A stretch of 64,000 bases of DNA from a bacterium (GTDB lineage Bacteria; Patescibacteriota; Minisyncoccia; Phycocordibacterales; UBA9973), in assembly GCA_037200905.1 (NCBI GenBank), contig JBBCGN010000005.1, positions 29,535-93,534 of the forward strand, given 5' to 3'. This document shows, in pieces, positions 37,345-47,627 of this stretch (the first letter of the stretch is position 1; each line of letters opens with the position of its first letter). The position numbers were made by a program, and so were the translations under genes. The notes under the pieces are model-generated. The model was not told the DNA's origin, made no database searches, and saw only the letters and a list, made by a program, of their open reading frames with translations.

Positions 37345-38865
37345 ATGAATCTTCAATCCGGGGCGAAGGCGGCGAGTCCGAAGGCTATCTACTATGACGG
37401 AACCTGCCCCATGTGCACGGTGCTCATGGATAAGATCGGCAGTTCGAAAGCGGGAGAGAGCTTTGATATGAAAGATGCCACGAGCGAGCCTCTGCCGCGT
37501 GCGATATCGAAGGAAGCCGTCGAGCGGGGAATCCATGTCGTCGATGCTGACGGAACGGTCCATAAGAATTCCCAGGCCATTCTCTCGATCATGGCGGAAT
37601 ATCCGCGCTGGAAATTCCTTGCCAGGATCGGCAAGCTGCCGGTCATCCGCCAAGCGCTCGAGGCGGGGTATCGGCTGATTTCATTGCACAGGCATTTCCT
37701 GTTCGGCAGGGCGAGCCGCATCTTCTGGCTCAAAGTCGTGGTAGCGGCCGGACTCTGCGCCGGACTTATTTCCTCGTTCAGGCTGTGGGCCGGCGCGCGG
37801 TCATTTCCTCTGGTGCCCGCGTTCCGGTTCTTGCCGGCTCTGCCTCCTGCCGCAGCGACGATCCTCTTCGGATTGCTTCTTGCTCTCTTGCTTGCCGTGA
37901 TCTTCGTGCCGAGGCCGCGGAAGCTGATCATCTGCATCTCCGCTATCGCGCTAATTTTTGCCGTCGGCGACCAGATGCGCTGGCAGCCGTGGTTCTATCA
38001 ATATGCATTCATGCTCGGATCACTGGCATTCTTTTCCTGGAATCCTGGAGACGAGCAAGGCGGCCGGAAGGCGCTCAATACGAACAGGCTGATCATCGGC
38101 AGCATTTATTTCTTCAGCGGGCTGCAGAAGGTGAACGTCGCCTTCATGGGCAGCATCTTTCCGTGGCTCATCGCCCCGGTCGCGAAATTCTTTCCGGCGC
38201 AGGCCGCGCCGGTGCTGTACGCGTTCGGCATCCTGGTGCCCTTCATGGAGATGGCCATCGGCATCGGCCTCTTCAGCAAGAAGTTCCGCACGTATGCCGT
38301 CATCGGCGCGCTCCTGATGCACGGTTTCATCCTCTTTTCCATCGGCCCGTTCGGCCACGACTGGAACAGCGTCGTCTGGCCATGGAACATCGCCATGATG
38401 CTCCTGGTGCTCATCCTGTTCTACAAGGCCCGGGATTTCTCTTTCCGGGATCTTGTCTGGATCAGGCGCTTTCCGTATCAGAAGGCGGTGCTGGTCCTGT
38501 TCGCCGTCATGCCGATAGCCAGCTTTTTCAATATGTGGGATTCATATCTGTCTTCGACGCTATACTCGGGAAACACCAACAGCGCGAGACTCTCCGTGAG
38601 CGATAGTGTGGCAGAGAAGCTGCCGGCAGGAGCGAGACAATATCTCGCTGAGAGCAGGAGCGGAGGAAAAATATTGGATTTCTCCACCTGGTCCTTCGCC
38701 GAGCTGAACGTGCCTCCGTATCCCGAGACCAGAATATTCAAAGCTGTCGGCAGATACGCCTGCCGCTATGCCGATGCTCCTTCCGACGTTCTTCTCGATA
38801 TATACGGAAAGCCGACGATGTTCAATCGCGGTTGGCCCACGACGTATACGTGTAGAGATTTGTAG
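37345..38865 (+). CDS. DCC1-like thiol-disulfide oxidoreductase (DUF393) domain fused to a large polytopic membrane domain
   Basis: Intact ORF of 506 aa. The N-terminus IYYDGTCPMCTVLMDKI... is the DUF393/DCC motif. About 8-9 hydrophobic helices follow. Confidence 0.65.
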   Translation: MNLQSGAKAASPKAIYYDGTCPMCTVLMDKIGSSKAGESFDMKDATSEPLPRAISKEAVERGIHVVDADGTVHKNSQAILSIMAEYPRWKFLARIGKLPVIRQALEAGYRLISLHRHFLFGRASRIFWLKVVVAAGLCAGLISSFRLWAGARSFPLVPAFRFLPALPPAAATILFGLLLALLLAVIFVPRPRKLIICISAIALIFAVGDQMRWQPWFYQYAFMLGSLAFFSWNPGDEQGGRKALNTNRLIIGSIYFFSGLQKVNVAFMGSIFPWLIAPVAKFFPAQAAPVLYAFGILVPFMEMAIGIGLFSKKFRTYAVIGALLMHGFILFSIGPFGHDWNSVVWPWNIAMMLLVLILFYKARDFSFRDLVWIRRFPYQKAVLVLFAVMPIASFFNMWDSYLSSTLYSGNTNSARLSVSDSVAEKLPAGARQYLAESRSGGKILDFSTWSFAELNVPPYPETRIFKAVGRYACRYADAPSDVLLDIYGKPTMFNRGWPTTYTCRDL

Positions 38866-38968
38866 AGAGTTATTGCGTATGGTCACAAGTATTTTTCTGC
38901 TGAAAAATCTCGCGACCCCGCCTCGGCACCGTCGTGCCTGCGGCTCGCACAAAACATCCCATGTTTTG

Positions 38969-39041
38969 TGCGCCCTGAAGGGATCGAACCTTCGACCTTA
39001 TCCTTAAGAGGGATCTGCTCTACCAGCTGAGCTAAGGGCGC
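38969..39041 (-). tRNA. tRNA-Lys (anticodon CTT)
   Basis: The minus strand reads GCGCCCT-TA-GCTCAGCTGGTAGAGC-A-GATCC-CTCTTAA-GGATA-AGGTC-GAAGG-TTCGATC-CCTTC-AGGGCGC-A. Confidence 0.88.
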
Positions 39042-39069
39042 ATGATTGTATTTTTAAATTTCCTGCCGG

Positions 39070-39151
39070 TGCCCGAGGTGGGGGTCGAACCCACATCCCT
39101 TGCGAGACACGATTTTAAGTCGTGCGCGTATACCAGTTCCGCCACTCGGGC
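39070..39151 (-). tRNA. tRNA-Leu (anticodon TAA)
   Basis: The minus strand reads GCCCGAG-TG-GCGGAACTGGTATACGCG-CACGA-CTTAAAA-TCGTG-long variable arm-GTGGG-TTCGACC-CCCAC-CTCGGGC-A. Confidence 0.9.
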
Positions 39152-39200
39152 ATTATCTTAACATTTTTCCTAAAATATTTCCAATCCCTTTCTTTTAGGG

Positions 39201-39272
39201 AGGCCTGGGGCGGAATTGAACCGCCGCATATTCCTTTTGCAGAGGAACGCCTTACCACTTGGCTACCAGGCC
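39201..39272 (-). tRNA. tRNA-Cys (anticodon GCA)
   Basis: The minus strand reads GGCCTGG-TA-GCCAAGTGGTAAGGC-G-TTCCT-CTGCAAA-AGGAA-TATGC-GGCGG-TTCAATT-CCGCC-CCAGGCC-T. The discriminator is U, as expected for Cys. Confidence 0.9.
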
Positions 39273-39284
39273 GTATTCTTAATC

Positions 39285-39608
39285 CTACTTTTCCCGGAGC
39301 AACTCGTCAATCTTCTGACGGTTCTTCTCGCCGCGGTCTATCTCTATGTCGAGGAAGGGCACCACTTTCGTCTGCATATGCTTCTTCAGGTATTCCCGGA
39401 TGTCGCCGCGCTTGCGCTTGGCGAACTCGAGAGCCTCAGCCTCCTTCTTCTCCGGCAGTACGGTCATGAATACCGTGGCGCGCTTGAGGTCGGGAGAACA
39501 GGTGGCGCCGGTGATGGTGATGAGCGAGGTCCTATTGGTTTCCGCCGCCAAGAACTTCGCGGTGAGCTCTTTGATGAAGTTCGCTACTTTTTCCTGTCTC
39601 TGTGTCAT
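39285..39608 (-). CDS. rbfA: ribosome-binding factor A
   Basis: ORF of 107 aa directly downstream of infB. VANFIKELTAKFLAAE...TITGATCSPDLKRATVFMTVL matches the RbfA pattern. Confidence 0.85.
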   Translation of the reverse strand: MTQRQEKVANFIKELTAKFLAAETNRTSLITITGATCSPDLKRATVFMTVLPEKKEAEALEFAKRKRGDIREYLKKHMQTKVVPFLDIEIDRGEKNRQKIDELLREK

Positions 39609-39620
39609 CTAGTTGGTCAT

Positions 39621-41132
39621 CTATTTCTGTACTACGGCGAAGGATTCGATGATGTCGCCCGGAGCCACTTCGATCTTCGACTCGATCATCATGCCGAATT
39701 CGTCGCCTTCGAGGACGGTACTTGTTTTTGATTTGCTCTTTTCGAGGTTCACGATCTTGCCGCGGCCGATCTCGAAGTCGCGGCGCACGATCTTTACCGC
39801 GCCGTCGAGAGTGATGGCGCCTTCGGTGACTCTGCCTCCGACGATCTGGCGCTCGCGGGTTCTGCTGAAAGCCTTGATGATCTTCGCCCGGCCGTTGATC
39901 TCCACGGTGTCGATCTTCGGCTTGCGGGCTTCCATCTCGAGGGCGAGCCACTCGGTCATCTTGTAGATGATGTCGAAGAAAGAGATAGCGATGCCTTTCG
40001 CGTCCGCGAGGTCGGTGGCGTTCTTGTCAGCTTTCACATTGAAGCCGATGACGAGGGCTTCCGCTCCCGAGGAGACGTTCTTGATATCCGATTCGCCGAT
40101 CGGGCCGACGCCTTTCTGCACGATGCGGAACTCGGCGCTGTCGCTCTGTATCTTGCCGATCTCTTTCTCGATAGCCTCGATCGAGCCCCAGACGTCAGCC
40201 TTGAGGATGATAGGCAGGATCTTCTTGTCGCCGTGATGGCCACCTTTTTCGGCATCCTTGGCGCCGGCCTTCTTGCTGGCGAAATCTTCCGCATACTCGA
40301 GAGCATCGGATTTCTTCTTGAAGGCTTTGAATTCCGCGCCGATCTTCGGCATCTTGTCAAAACCGACGAGCCGGATAGGGGAAGAGAAGGTGGCGCTGTC
40401 GATGACTTTGCCTAAGAAATTTTCCATGATGCGCGTGCCGCAGGTGCTGTCTTCCACGGCCACGGTCATGCCGCGGCCCAAGGTGCCGTTCTTTATGATG
40501 AGCGTGGCTTCCGTGCCGCGCTTCGGATCGAGGTTCGCTTCGATGACGATGCCGGACGCTTCCGCGCTCGGGTCGCCGGTGAAGCCTTCGAGCTCGGCGA
40601 GGATGTTCACGAGCGAGAGCAGGTTGTCGATGCCTGCGCCGGTCTTGGCGGAAATCTCCGCGCTCGGTATCTTGCCGCCGTAGTTCTCGAGATAGATCTC
40701 GTTCTCGGCGAGGTCTGCCTTGGTCTTCTCGACGTCCGCGCCAGGCTTGTCGATCTTGTTGATGGCGACGATGGCCGGAGTGGAGCTCTCGACGATGGTG
40801 CGCCATGCCTCGATAGTCTGGTTCTTCACCGAGTCTTCGGCAGAGACGACGAGGATGGCGATGTCGGCTACGCGGGCGCCGCGAGCGCGCATCTCGGAGA
40901 AAGCTTCATGGCCGGGAGTGTCGAGGAAGGTGATCTTTTTGTCGCGGCCGTTTTCGTCCTTGTGGATGACTTCGTACGCGCTGATATGCTGGGTGATGCC
41001 GCCCGCTTCTTTTTCCGTCACATTGGTCTTGCGGATGTAGTCGAGGAGGGTAGACTTGCCATGGTCGATATGCCCCATCACGACGACGATGGGCGGGCGT
41101 TCTATTGAGTTTTGTTTATTTTCTGTTTTCAT
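39621..41132 (-). CDS. infB: translation initiation factor IF-2 (short form)
   Basis: [27 protein letters not shown]...GGITQHI...DTPGHEAF...NKIDK are GTPase motifs G1-G4. The IF-2 C-terminal domains follow. 503 aa. Confidence 0.95.
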   Translation of the reverse strand: MKTENKQNSIERPPIVVVMGHIDHGKSTLLDYIRKTNVTEKEAGGITQHISAYEVIHKDENGRDKKITFLDTPGHEAFSEMRARGARVADIAILVVSAEDSVKNQTIEAWRTIVESSTPAIVAINKIDKPGADVEKTKADLAENEIYLENYGGKIPSAEISAKTGAGIDNLLSLVNILAELEGFTGDPSAEASGIVIEANLDPKRGTEATLIIKNGTLGRGMTVAVEDSTCGTRIMENFLGKVIDSATFSSPIRLVGFDKMPKIGAEFKAFKKKSDALEYAEDFASKKAGAKDAEKGGHHGDKKILPIILKADVWGSIEAIEKEIGKIQSDSAEFRIVQKGVGPIGESDIKNVSSGAEALVIGFNVKADKNATDLADAKGIAISFFDIIYKMTEWLALEMEARKPKIDTVEINGRAKIIKAFSRTRERQIVGGRVTEGAITLDGAVKIVRRDFEIGRGKIVNLEKSKSKTSTVLEGDEFGMMIESKIEVAPGDIIESFAVVQK

Positions 41133-41225
41133 GTCTGTTCTCTCTCAAGGGAAGCTGTAAAGTTTTTGCCTGCGGGCACTGGCTGCGTCTTGTCCGCCAG
41201 AAAATTTTGCAGCTCCTCTCGACTC

Positions 41226-41681
41226 TTATACCTGGGCCTTCTTCAGGACTTCTCTCTCTTCCGCGGTGAGCTCGTAATCGGATTTGCCGCCTTTGATCGG
41301 CTTGGCGAAGACGCTCATGCGGTCTCGGGAATACAGGCTCGAGAATACCACGCCGTCGCCTTCTTCGTTCAGCATGCCGATGGCGAAGCTCTGGTTCGAG
41401 CCCTGGTCGGCGAAGGGATTGAATCGTACCGTCTCGAGTCCTCGGACGCTTTTCTTGAGCTTCTGGTGCACCGTGGCGATCTCGCGTTCTGCAGAATCCT
41501 TTGCCGCGCGCAGTCGGTCGATATCTTCGCGCAGATCAATGATGACATCCTCCAAATTCTTTGCTTTCTTGCCGGCGAAGAATCTTTTCAGGCGGCCTTC
41601 GGTGCGTATCATCCAAATCGCTTCGATCAGGAAGATCAGGCCGAGCAGAACAAAAAGAGCTATTTGAAGCTTTGTATTCAT
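41226..41681 (-). CDS. DUF4446 family protein
   Basis: An N-terminal TM and coiled coil are followed by VRFNPFADQGSNQSFAIGMLNEEGDGVVFSSLYSRDRMSVFAKPIKGGKSDYELTAEE, which matches my recollection of the DUF4446 core. Confidence 0.7.
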   Translation of the reverse strand: MNTKLQIALFVLLGLIFLIEAIWMIRTEGRLKRFFAGKKAKNLEDVIIDLREDIDRLRAAKDSAEREIATVHQKLKKSVRGLETVRFNPFADQGSNQSFAIGMLNEEGDGVVFSSLYSRDRMSVFAKPIKGGKSDYELTAEEREVLKKAQV

Positions 41682-41705
41682 TGTTTTTCAATATATACTA
41701 TTTTC

Positions 41706-42959
41706 ATGGCTAAATCAAATGCCTCCGCGCCGAAAAATCCTAGAAAAATCTATCTCGATCATGCTTCGGCGACGCCAGTAGACCCTGGCGCGGCGCGCAT
41801 CATGCACCGGGTGTCGGAGGCTTTTTTCGCGAATCCGAGCGCCATCCATGAGGACGGCGTAGCGGTAAAAAATGCTCTGGCCGCGGTCCGTGCCGCCGTA
41901 GCCGAACCGCTCGGAGCGCACAGCGATGAAATTATTTTCACCAGCGGCGCCACGGAGAGCAATAATCTGGCAATAACTGGAATTGTAAATGCTTCACAAG
42001 ATGAAAATTTTTTCAGGGGCTCGGCCAGACCGTTCAAAAATTCTCATTTTGTTCCGCATATCATCACGACAAACATCGAACATGCGTCCGTGCTCGAAGC
42101 CTGCAAATATTTGGAAAAGACAAAACAAGCCCAGGTGACGTATGTACCGGTTGAGCCGAACGGCATCGTCGATGCGAAGAAAATAAAAAAAGCTCTGAAG
42201 AAGAATACCGTGCTCGTTTCGGTGATGTACGCCAATAACGAGATCGGCACTATCCAGCCGCTTCGTGAGATTGCCAAGGAGATTCGCCATTTCCGCAAAG
42301 ATAGCAAGAATTCCGCTTTGCCGTATTTCCATACCGATGCTACCCAAGCGACGAATTATTTATCCATGAATGCAGAAAAGCTCGGCGTCGATCTCTTGTC
42401 TTTCAATGCCGCAAAGATCTACGGCCCGAAAGGCATAGGGGCGCTTTGGAAAAAAAGAAGCATTTCGCTCGCCCCGATCATGCATGGCGGCGATCAGGAA
42501 TACGGATTGCGCTCCGGTACCGAGAATATCGTTGCTGTTTCCGGTTTTGCCGAAGCTCTGGCTGTAGCGGAAGATATGAAAGTCAAAGAAGTAAAACGGC
42601 TCACGGTACTGCGGGATTATTTCATAAAAAAATTGCAGGCTCTCGATAAAAGAATCATTTTGAATGGCGATGCGGAAAGCCGCTTGCCGAACAATGTGAA
42701 TATCACTAGTGCGAATATGCCGAGCGATCTGTTGATCATCGAGCTTTCGGCTCGCGGCATCATGGCGAGCGCGAAGAGCGCCTGCAAATCCGGCGACGGC
42801 AAAGCATCGCATGTCATAGCTGCCATCCGTCCCGATGCCAGAGAGCTCGACGGCTCATTGCGCTTTACTCTCGGCAGAGGAACGACAAAGGCCGATATCG
42901 ACCACACTGCCAAGGCTCTCGAGCAGATTTTGAACAAACTGAAGAAGTGGTATAATTAG
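41706..42959 (+). CDS. cysteine desulfurase (NifS/IscS class V aminotransferase)
   Basis: An in-frame ATG at 41706 within ORF 41112..42959. Motifs present: IYLDHASATP, FTSGATESNN, HIITTNIEHASV, and SFNAAKIYGPKG (PLP lysine region). 417 aa. Confidence 0.9.
   Translation: MAKSNASAPKNPRKIYLDHASATPVDPGAARIMHRVSEAFFANPSAIHEDGVAVKNALAAVRAAVAEPLGAHSDEIIFTSGATESNNLAITGIVNASQDENFFRGSARPFKNSHFVPHIITTNIEHASVLEACKYLEKTKQAQVTYVPVEPNGIVDAKKIKKALKKNTVLVSVMYANNEIGTIQPLREIAKEIRHFRKDSKNSALPYFHTDATQATNYLSMNAEKLGVDLLSFNAAKIYGPKGIGALWKKRSISLAPIMHGGDQEYGLRSGTENIVAVSGFAEALAVAEDMKVKEVKRLTVLRDYFIKKLQALDKRIILNGDAESRLPNNVNITSANMPSDLLIIELSARGIMASAKSACKSGDGKASHVIAAIRPDARELDGSLRFTLGRGTTKADIDHTAKALEQILNKLKKWYN
42001..42047 (+). 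repeat. short palindromic element inside the cysteine desulfurase ORF (related to 56545..56647)
   Basis: ATGAAAATTTTT (42001-42012) pairs with AAAAATTCTCAT (42036-42047) at 11 of 12 positions. They flank TCAGGGGCTCGGCCAGACCGTTC. The 25-nt stretch 42016-42040 is identical to 56603-56627. Confidence 0.75.
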
Positions 42960-42977
42960 TCCTAAGCAATTTGTACT

Positions 42978-43142
42978 ATGATGACCGAAGAAGAAAAAGC
43001 GAAAAAGATAAAAGAGATTTACGATGAAGCCGTTGCGAAACTGGATACTCTTGCAAGAAAGCGCAGCGAGATCGTCAAAGACTATATCAAAGAACTTGAG
43101 AACAAGAAGATAGAGGCGCTTAGGAGCAATTTAGGATTATAA
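42978..43142 (+). CDS. small coiled-coil protein (54 aa)
   Basis: Below the ORF-track cut-off. Translation is MMTEEEKAKKIKEIYDEAVAKLDTLARKRSEIVKDYIKELENKKIEALRSNLGL*. It is tightly spaced between its neighbours. Confidence 0.35.
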   Translation: MMTEEEKAKKIKEIYDEAVAKLDTLARKRSEIVKDYIKELENKKIEALRSNLGL

Positions 43143-43160
43143 ATTAATTAACATATCCCT

Positions 43161-43718
43161 ATGGAAAATGAGAAAGATTTGCTGAAGAAAGATTTGAGCA
43201 CGCTTGAGAAGAAAGAAGACATAGAGAAATTCATTGAAGATACGGAAATTATGGGAGGGCATGAGGATATCGTGGCTTCTGCGAAGGAAAAAATTTCCCA
43301 GCTCGAAGTAAAAGCGTCCGGCATTGAAACTACTCCCGCACGGGCAGCCCAAGTCGAGAACCTGGGCGGCAATACTGAAATTGTTGCGGAAAAAACGAAA
43401 GAAGTTGACGCAGAAATAGCAAACGTCAAAGCGGATGCTGAAAAGCAAATAGCAGAGATTGAAATTCAAAATTTAAAGAAAGAGGTCAGCAGGGAAAAAA
43501 TCGTACCGGGAGCCGTGTTTGATTGCAGGATGTCTAACGGCGCGATCCTCGAAGTGAGGGTGGAAAGCAAAATACAGAAGACTGCAGAAGCTATTCCTCG
43601 AGAATATGTCAGAATTCAGGCAACGCGAGGGGATTTGAATACCGATGTCACGCTGGATCAGTTGATCGAGAAAGAACCGGAACCGGAACAGAAAGAGGAA
43701 GAGAAAAAGCCCGAATAA
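43161..43718 (+). CDS. hypothetical acidic coiled-coil protein
   Basis: ORF of 185 aa, E/K-rich. No family was recognised. Confidence 0.5.
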   Translation: MENEKDLLKKDLSTLEKKEDIEKFIEDTEIMGGHEDIVASAKEKISQLEVKASGIETTPARAAQVENLGGNTEIVAEKTKEVDAEIANVKADAEKQIAEIEIQNLKKEVSREKIVPGAVFDCRMSNGAILEVRVESKIQKTAEAIPREYVRIQATRGDLNTDVTLDQLIEKEPEPEQKEEEKKPE

Positions 43719-43789
43719 GAAAAGAAAGAGGATAAAGAAAATCCCGATAAGCTTGCTGAAGAAGAAGCCAAAGAACAATAAAGCCATAC

Positions 43790-44251
43790 ATGAATACGCC
43801 CGAGACATATATCAGGAAACTCCACCCGCATCCGCTCGCGTTCTTCGGATTCTATTTCGGCGGCCTGTTCTTCATCGTTGCCGGACTGTTGCTGCAGCAT
43901 TATCTGCCATTCATGGGCTTCATCGTGGTCGTGCTCGGCGTCTTCGTGCCGGTGCTCGGCGAACTCTTGCGCCATGCGGAAACTTTTTATATTCTCGAGG
44001 CAGGGGTAGAACGAACGTATGATTTTCTTTCGAGCTCGCGGGCTTTTGTCGACTTCGGAAAAATCCAGGACCTCACCGTGAACCAGGGCATTCTCCAGCG
44101 CATCTTCAGCATCGGCAATATGGCATTCGACACCGCCGGCACGGGCAAGGTGGAACTGCGTTTCTATGCTGTCAGCGATCCGTATGCTCTCGAAAAAATC
44201 ATCCGCGACAAGATGGCCCGACCGACGCAAGTCGAGCATGTCGCCTCGTAG
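43790..44251 (+). CDS. bacterial PH-domain membrane protein (YdbS/YdbT-like, bPH_2)
   Basis: Two N-terminal TM helices are followed by ...FGKIQDLTVNQGILQRIFSIGNMAFDTAGTG..., typical of bPH_2/DUF304. Confidence 0.7.
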   Translation: MNTPETYIRKLHPHPLAFFGFYFGGLFFIVAGLLLQHYLPFMGFIVVVLGVFVPVLGELLRHAETFYILEAGVERTYDFLSSSRAFVDFGKIQDLTVNQGILQRIFSIGNMAFDTAGTGKVELRFYAVSDPYALEKIIRDKMARPTQVEHVAS

Positions 44252-44302
44252 CTTTTCTCTTTTCGGCTTTTAAAAGCTTGACAAACGTGCTATAATCGAG
44301 GC

Positions 44303-44857
44303 ATGGACATCAAAGACCTGAATAAATCACAGCTTATTCTGCTTGCCATCCTTCTGAGCTTCGTCGTGTCTATCGCCACGGGCATCACCACGGTGACGCT
44401 CATGGAGCAGGCGCCGAATTCGGTCACTGTGCCCATTACCCGCATCGTGCGCGAGACCGTCGAGAAAGTCGCTCCGGCCGCCGCCGATACGAGAAGCAAT
44501 GCGCCGGCTCTCTCCGACGACGAGAAGAAGCTGCTCGAGGACCTCAAAGCCATCAAGCCGCTGACCGTGACGCTCTATCTGAAAGGAGATACGGAAGCCG
44601 CGGACAAAGTTCTCGGCACCGGCCTCTTTCTCGGAGACAATAAAGTCGTCATCGCTTCGCTCGTAACCGCACCCGCCGATGGACAGACGTATGTGGTCAA
44701 AAGCGTTCTCGGCGAGCAGAATATCGTGAAGCTCACGCAGGAAAAAGATTTCACCGTCGTAGAGCTCGCGCAAACCGCCACTCCGGCTGATCCGAGTAAT
44801 GCCTCTCCGTCTGATACGTCATCAACTGGAGACGCCGCAGGCGGAGCTGCGCAATAA
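44303..44857 (+). CDS. hypothetical membrane-anchored protein
   Basis: ORF of 184 aa with the N-terminal TM LILLAILLSFVVSIATGITTV. GTGCTATAAT ends 6 nt before the ATG, implying a leaderless mRNA. Confidence 0.5.
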   Translation: MDIKDLNKSQLILLAILLSFVVSIATGITTVTLMEQAPNSVTVPITRIVRETVEKVAPAAADTRSNAPALSDDEKKLLEDLKAIKPLTVTLYLKGDTEAADKVLGTGLFLGDNKVVIASLVTAPADGQTYVVKSVLGEQNIVKLTQEKDFTVVELAQTATPADPSNASPSDTSSTGDAAGGAAQ

Positions 44858-44897
44858 ATAAAGCACCACAATAAAAAGTAATCACGTATACATACAT

Positions 44898-47585
44898 ATG
44901 CCACCACTACAAAAATTTACAGCCAAAGCAAAAGACGCCATCAAGAAGGCTCATGAGCTTGCTATAGAGCGCGGCATCAACCACGTCTCTTCGTCGCACC
45001 TCTTGGCCGCGCTGCTCCTCCAGGAAGAGAGCATCGTCAATTCCATACTCGACAAGCTCGAAATCGATACCATGCTCCTCACTGACGCGGTGCTCGAATC
45101 CATCGAGATGCCGGAGACGCAGAGCACGCTTTCGCCTTCGTACCAGATATATCTCAATCCCGATCTCGCGCAGTCTATAGAGCATTCGGTAAAGCTCGCG
45201 GAATTCCTGAAAGATGATTTCGTCTCGACCGAGCACCTCTTCATCGCCATGCTCGAAGTGCAGGGCGAAGCCCGCGAGATCCTTTCGCAATTCCGCATCC
45301 ACAAGGAAACGGTCTTGAAAGTCCTCGAGGAATTGCGCAGCCAGAACATCACCGATGTCGGCGGCGAGCCGAAGCGCTTCCGACTGCTCTCGAAATTCAC
45401 TCGCAATCTCACCAAGCTCGCGAAGGAAGACCGTCTCGATCCCGTCATCGGCCGCGACACCGAGATCATGCGCATCATGCAGATACTTTCCCGCCGCACC
45501 AAGAACAACCCGATACTGATCGGAGAAGCGGGCACCGGCAAGACTGCGGTCGTCGAAGGCTTGGCCCAGCGCATCGCCAAAGGAAACGTTCCGGAATCCC
45601 TCAAGGAAAAGGAACTCGTCTCTCTCGATCTGGGTTCGCTCATCGCCGGCACCAAATACCGCGGCGAATTCGAAGAGCGGCTGAAAGGCATCATGAAAGA
45701 GATCGAGCGTTCCGACAACAAGGTCATCCTTTTCATCGACGAGATCCATACCATCGTCGGCGCGGGCGCGGCCGAAGGCAACATGGACGCGTCGAACATG
45801 CTCAAGCCCGCCCTCTCTCGCGGCGAGCTGCGCGCGATCGGCGCCACCACGCTCCGCGAATATCAGAAGCATATCGAGAAGGATCCGGCCTTGGCCCGGC
45901 GCTTCCAGCCCGTCTATATCGACGAGCCGGAAACGGAAGACGCCATCGCCATCCTTCGCGGCCTCAAGGAAAAATACGAGCTCTTCCACGGCGTGCGCAT
46001 CACCGATGATGCCATTCTCGCCGCGGTAAATCTCTCGACCCGCTACATCACCAACAGATTCCTGCCGGACAAGGCCGTCGACCTCATCGACGAGGCTTCT
46101 TCGTCGCTCAAGATCATGCTCGAGAACAAGCCGCCCGTCCTCGAAGACGCGCATCGGAAGATCATGCGCTTGGAAATCGAGAAGGAAGCTCTTAAGACAG
46201 AGATCGAGAACGGCGACAAGGGAGACAAGACTCTGAAGACTCGCATCAAGGAAATCGACAAGGAAATCGGCAACCTGACCGAGAAGACCAAAGAGCTCGA
46301 GCTCAAATGGCAGAACGAGAAGGCCACCGTCATGGAAATCCGCACCATCAAGAAAGAGCTCGACAGCATGCGCGTCGAAGCCGAACAGGCTGAGGTCCGC
46401 GCTGATCTTTCCCGCGCCGCCGAGATCCGCTACGGCAAGATCCCGGCGCTGAAGAAAGATCTCGACCAGAAGCTCGTCCGCCTGCAGAAGCTCCAGAAGT
46501 CCCGCCGCATCCTGAAAGAAGAGATCACTGCCGAAGATATCGCGGAAGTAGTGTCCCGCTGGACGGGCATTCCGCTCACCAAGATGCTCGAAGAAGAGCG
46601 CGCCAAGCTCGAGAAGATGGAAGAGGAGTTGGGCAAGCGCGTCATCGGCCAGGATGCAGCCATCAAGCGCGTCGCCGACGTCATCCGCCGCTCGCGCGCC
46701 GGCATCAGCGATCCGAACAAGCCGATCGGCTCATTCATATTCCTCGGCCCGACCGGCGTAGGAAAGACCGAACTCACCAAAGCTCTCGGCCAGTTCATGT
46801 TCAATGACGACCGCGCTCTCATCCGCGTGGACATGTCCGAATACATGGAGCGCCACAGCGTCTCCAAGCTCATCGGCTCGCCGCCCGGCTACGTCGGCTA
46901 CGACGAAGCCGGACAGCTCACCGAAGCGGTGCGCCACCGCCCGTACGCCGTCGTGCTCTTCGACGAGATCGAGAAAGCCCACCCTGAGGTCTTCAACATG
47001 CTGCTCCAAGTCCTCGACGAGGGCCGCCTGACGGACGCGAAAGGCCGCGCGGTGAATTTCAAGAACACCATCATCATCATGACGTCGAACATCGGCTCGC
47101 AATTTATCGAGAAGATGGAATCGATCGGATTCTCCAACAATTCCGAGAGGCAGGACTACGGCGCGGTCAAGGACAAGGTCAGCGATGCGCTCAAGGACCA
47201 CTTCCGTCCGGAATTCCTCAATCGCCTCGACGAGATCATCGTCTTCGATATCCTCTCCGAGGCCGCCATCAAGGAGATCGTGAATCTGCGCATCAAGGTG
47301 GTCCATGACCGTCTGGCCACGAAGGGCATCGGCTTTGAGATTTCCGAGAACGCGCTGGCGCACCTCGCCAAGGGCGGCTACGATCCGCACTACGGCGCGC
47401 GACCGCTCAACCGCCTCATCCAGACTAAGATACTGAACCCCGTAGCTTCCTACATCATCTCGAGCGGCGTGAAGAAAGGGGATACGGTCATCGTCGCGGT
47501 CAAGAACAACGAGCTCGCCATCGAGACCAAGCGCGGCAAGGTAAAGAGCCCGCTCTCGCCCCGGCCGACGAAATCGAAAGCGTAA
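44898..47585 (+). CDS. clpB: ATP-dependent chaperone/disaggregase ClpB
   Basis: Intact ORF of 895 aa. It has a Clp_N domain, two AAA+ modules ([18 protein letters not shown]), and a long coiled-coil M-domain between them. Confidence 0.95.
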   Translation: MPPLQKFTAKAKDAIKKAHELAIERGINHVSSSHLLAALLLQEESIVNSILDKLEIDTMLLTDAVLESIEMPETQSTLSPSYQIYLNPDLAQSIEHSVKLAEFLKDDFVSTEHLFIAMLEVQGEAREILSQFRIHKETVLKVLEELRSQNITDVGGEPKRFRLLSKFTRNLTKLAKEDRLDPVIGRDTEIMRIMQILSRRTKNNPILIGEAGTGKTAVVEGLAQRIAKGNVPESLKEKELVSLDLGSLIAGTKYRGEFEERLKGIMKEIERSDNKVILFIDEIHTIVGAGAAEGNMDASNMLKPALSRGELRAIGATTLREYQKHIEKDPALARRFQPVYIDEPETEDAIAILRGLKEKYELFHGVRITDDAILAAVNLSTRYITNRFLPDKAVDLIDEASSSLKIMLENKPPVLEDAHRKIMRLEIEKEALKTEIENGDKGDKTLKTRIKEIDKEIGNLTEKTKELELKWQNEKATVMEIRTIKKELDSMRVEAEQAEVRADLSRAAEIRYGKIPALKKDLDQKLVRLQKLQKSRRILKEEITAEDIAEVVSRWTGIPLTKMLEEERAKLEKMEEELGKRVIGQDAAIKRVADVIRRSRAGISDPNKPIGSFIFLGPTGVGKTELTKALGQFMFNDDRALIRVDMSEYMERHSVSKLIGSPPGYVGYDEAGQLTEAVRHRPYAVVLFDEIEKAHPEVFNMLLQVLDEGRLTDAKGRAVNFKNTIIIMTSNIGSQFIEKMESIGFSNNSERQDYGAVKDKVSDALKDHFRPEFLNRLDEIIVFDILSEAAIKEIVNLRIKVVHDRLATKGIGFEISENALAHLAKGGYDPHYGARPLNRLIQTKILNPVASYIISSGVKKGDTVIVAVKNNELAIETKRGKVKSPLSPRPTKSKA

Positions 47586-47589
47586 TCAT

Positions 47590-47616
47590 AAAGCCCCGGG
47601 TCAGTCCGGGGCTTTT
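47590..47616 (+). terminator. rho-independent terminator after clpB
   Basis: AGCCCCGG-GTCAGT-CCGGGGCT followed by TTTGCTTT. Confidence 0.6.
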
Positions 47617-47627
47617 GCTTTGCGGAA

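Noticed and set aside
37201-37653. 150-aa ORF on the minus strand overlapping tRNA-Leu(TAG) and the 5' end of the DCC-fusion gene. A similar case is ORF 48723..48908 over tRNA-Leu(CAG).
   Set aside because: These ORFs overlap well-folded tRNA genes and strong opposite-strand coding sequence, and their translations are implausible.
38947-38971. Perfect hairpin GCACAAAACAT-CCC-ATGTTTTGTGC abutting tRNA-Lys as an att site or mobile-element end
   Set aside because: It is a single copy with no matching repeat elsewhere in the window. Its position between a plus-strand gene end and the tRNA operon end fits an ordinary bidirectional terminator.
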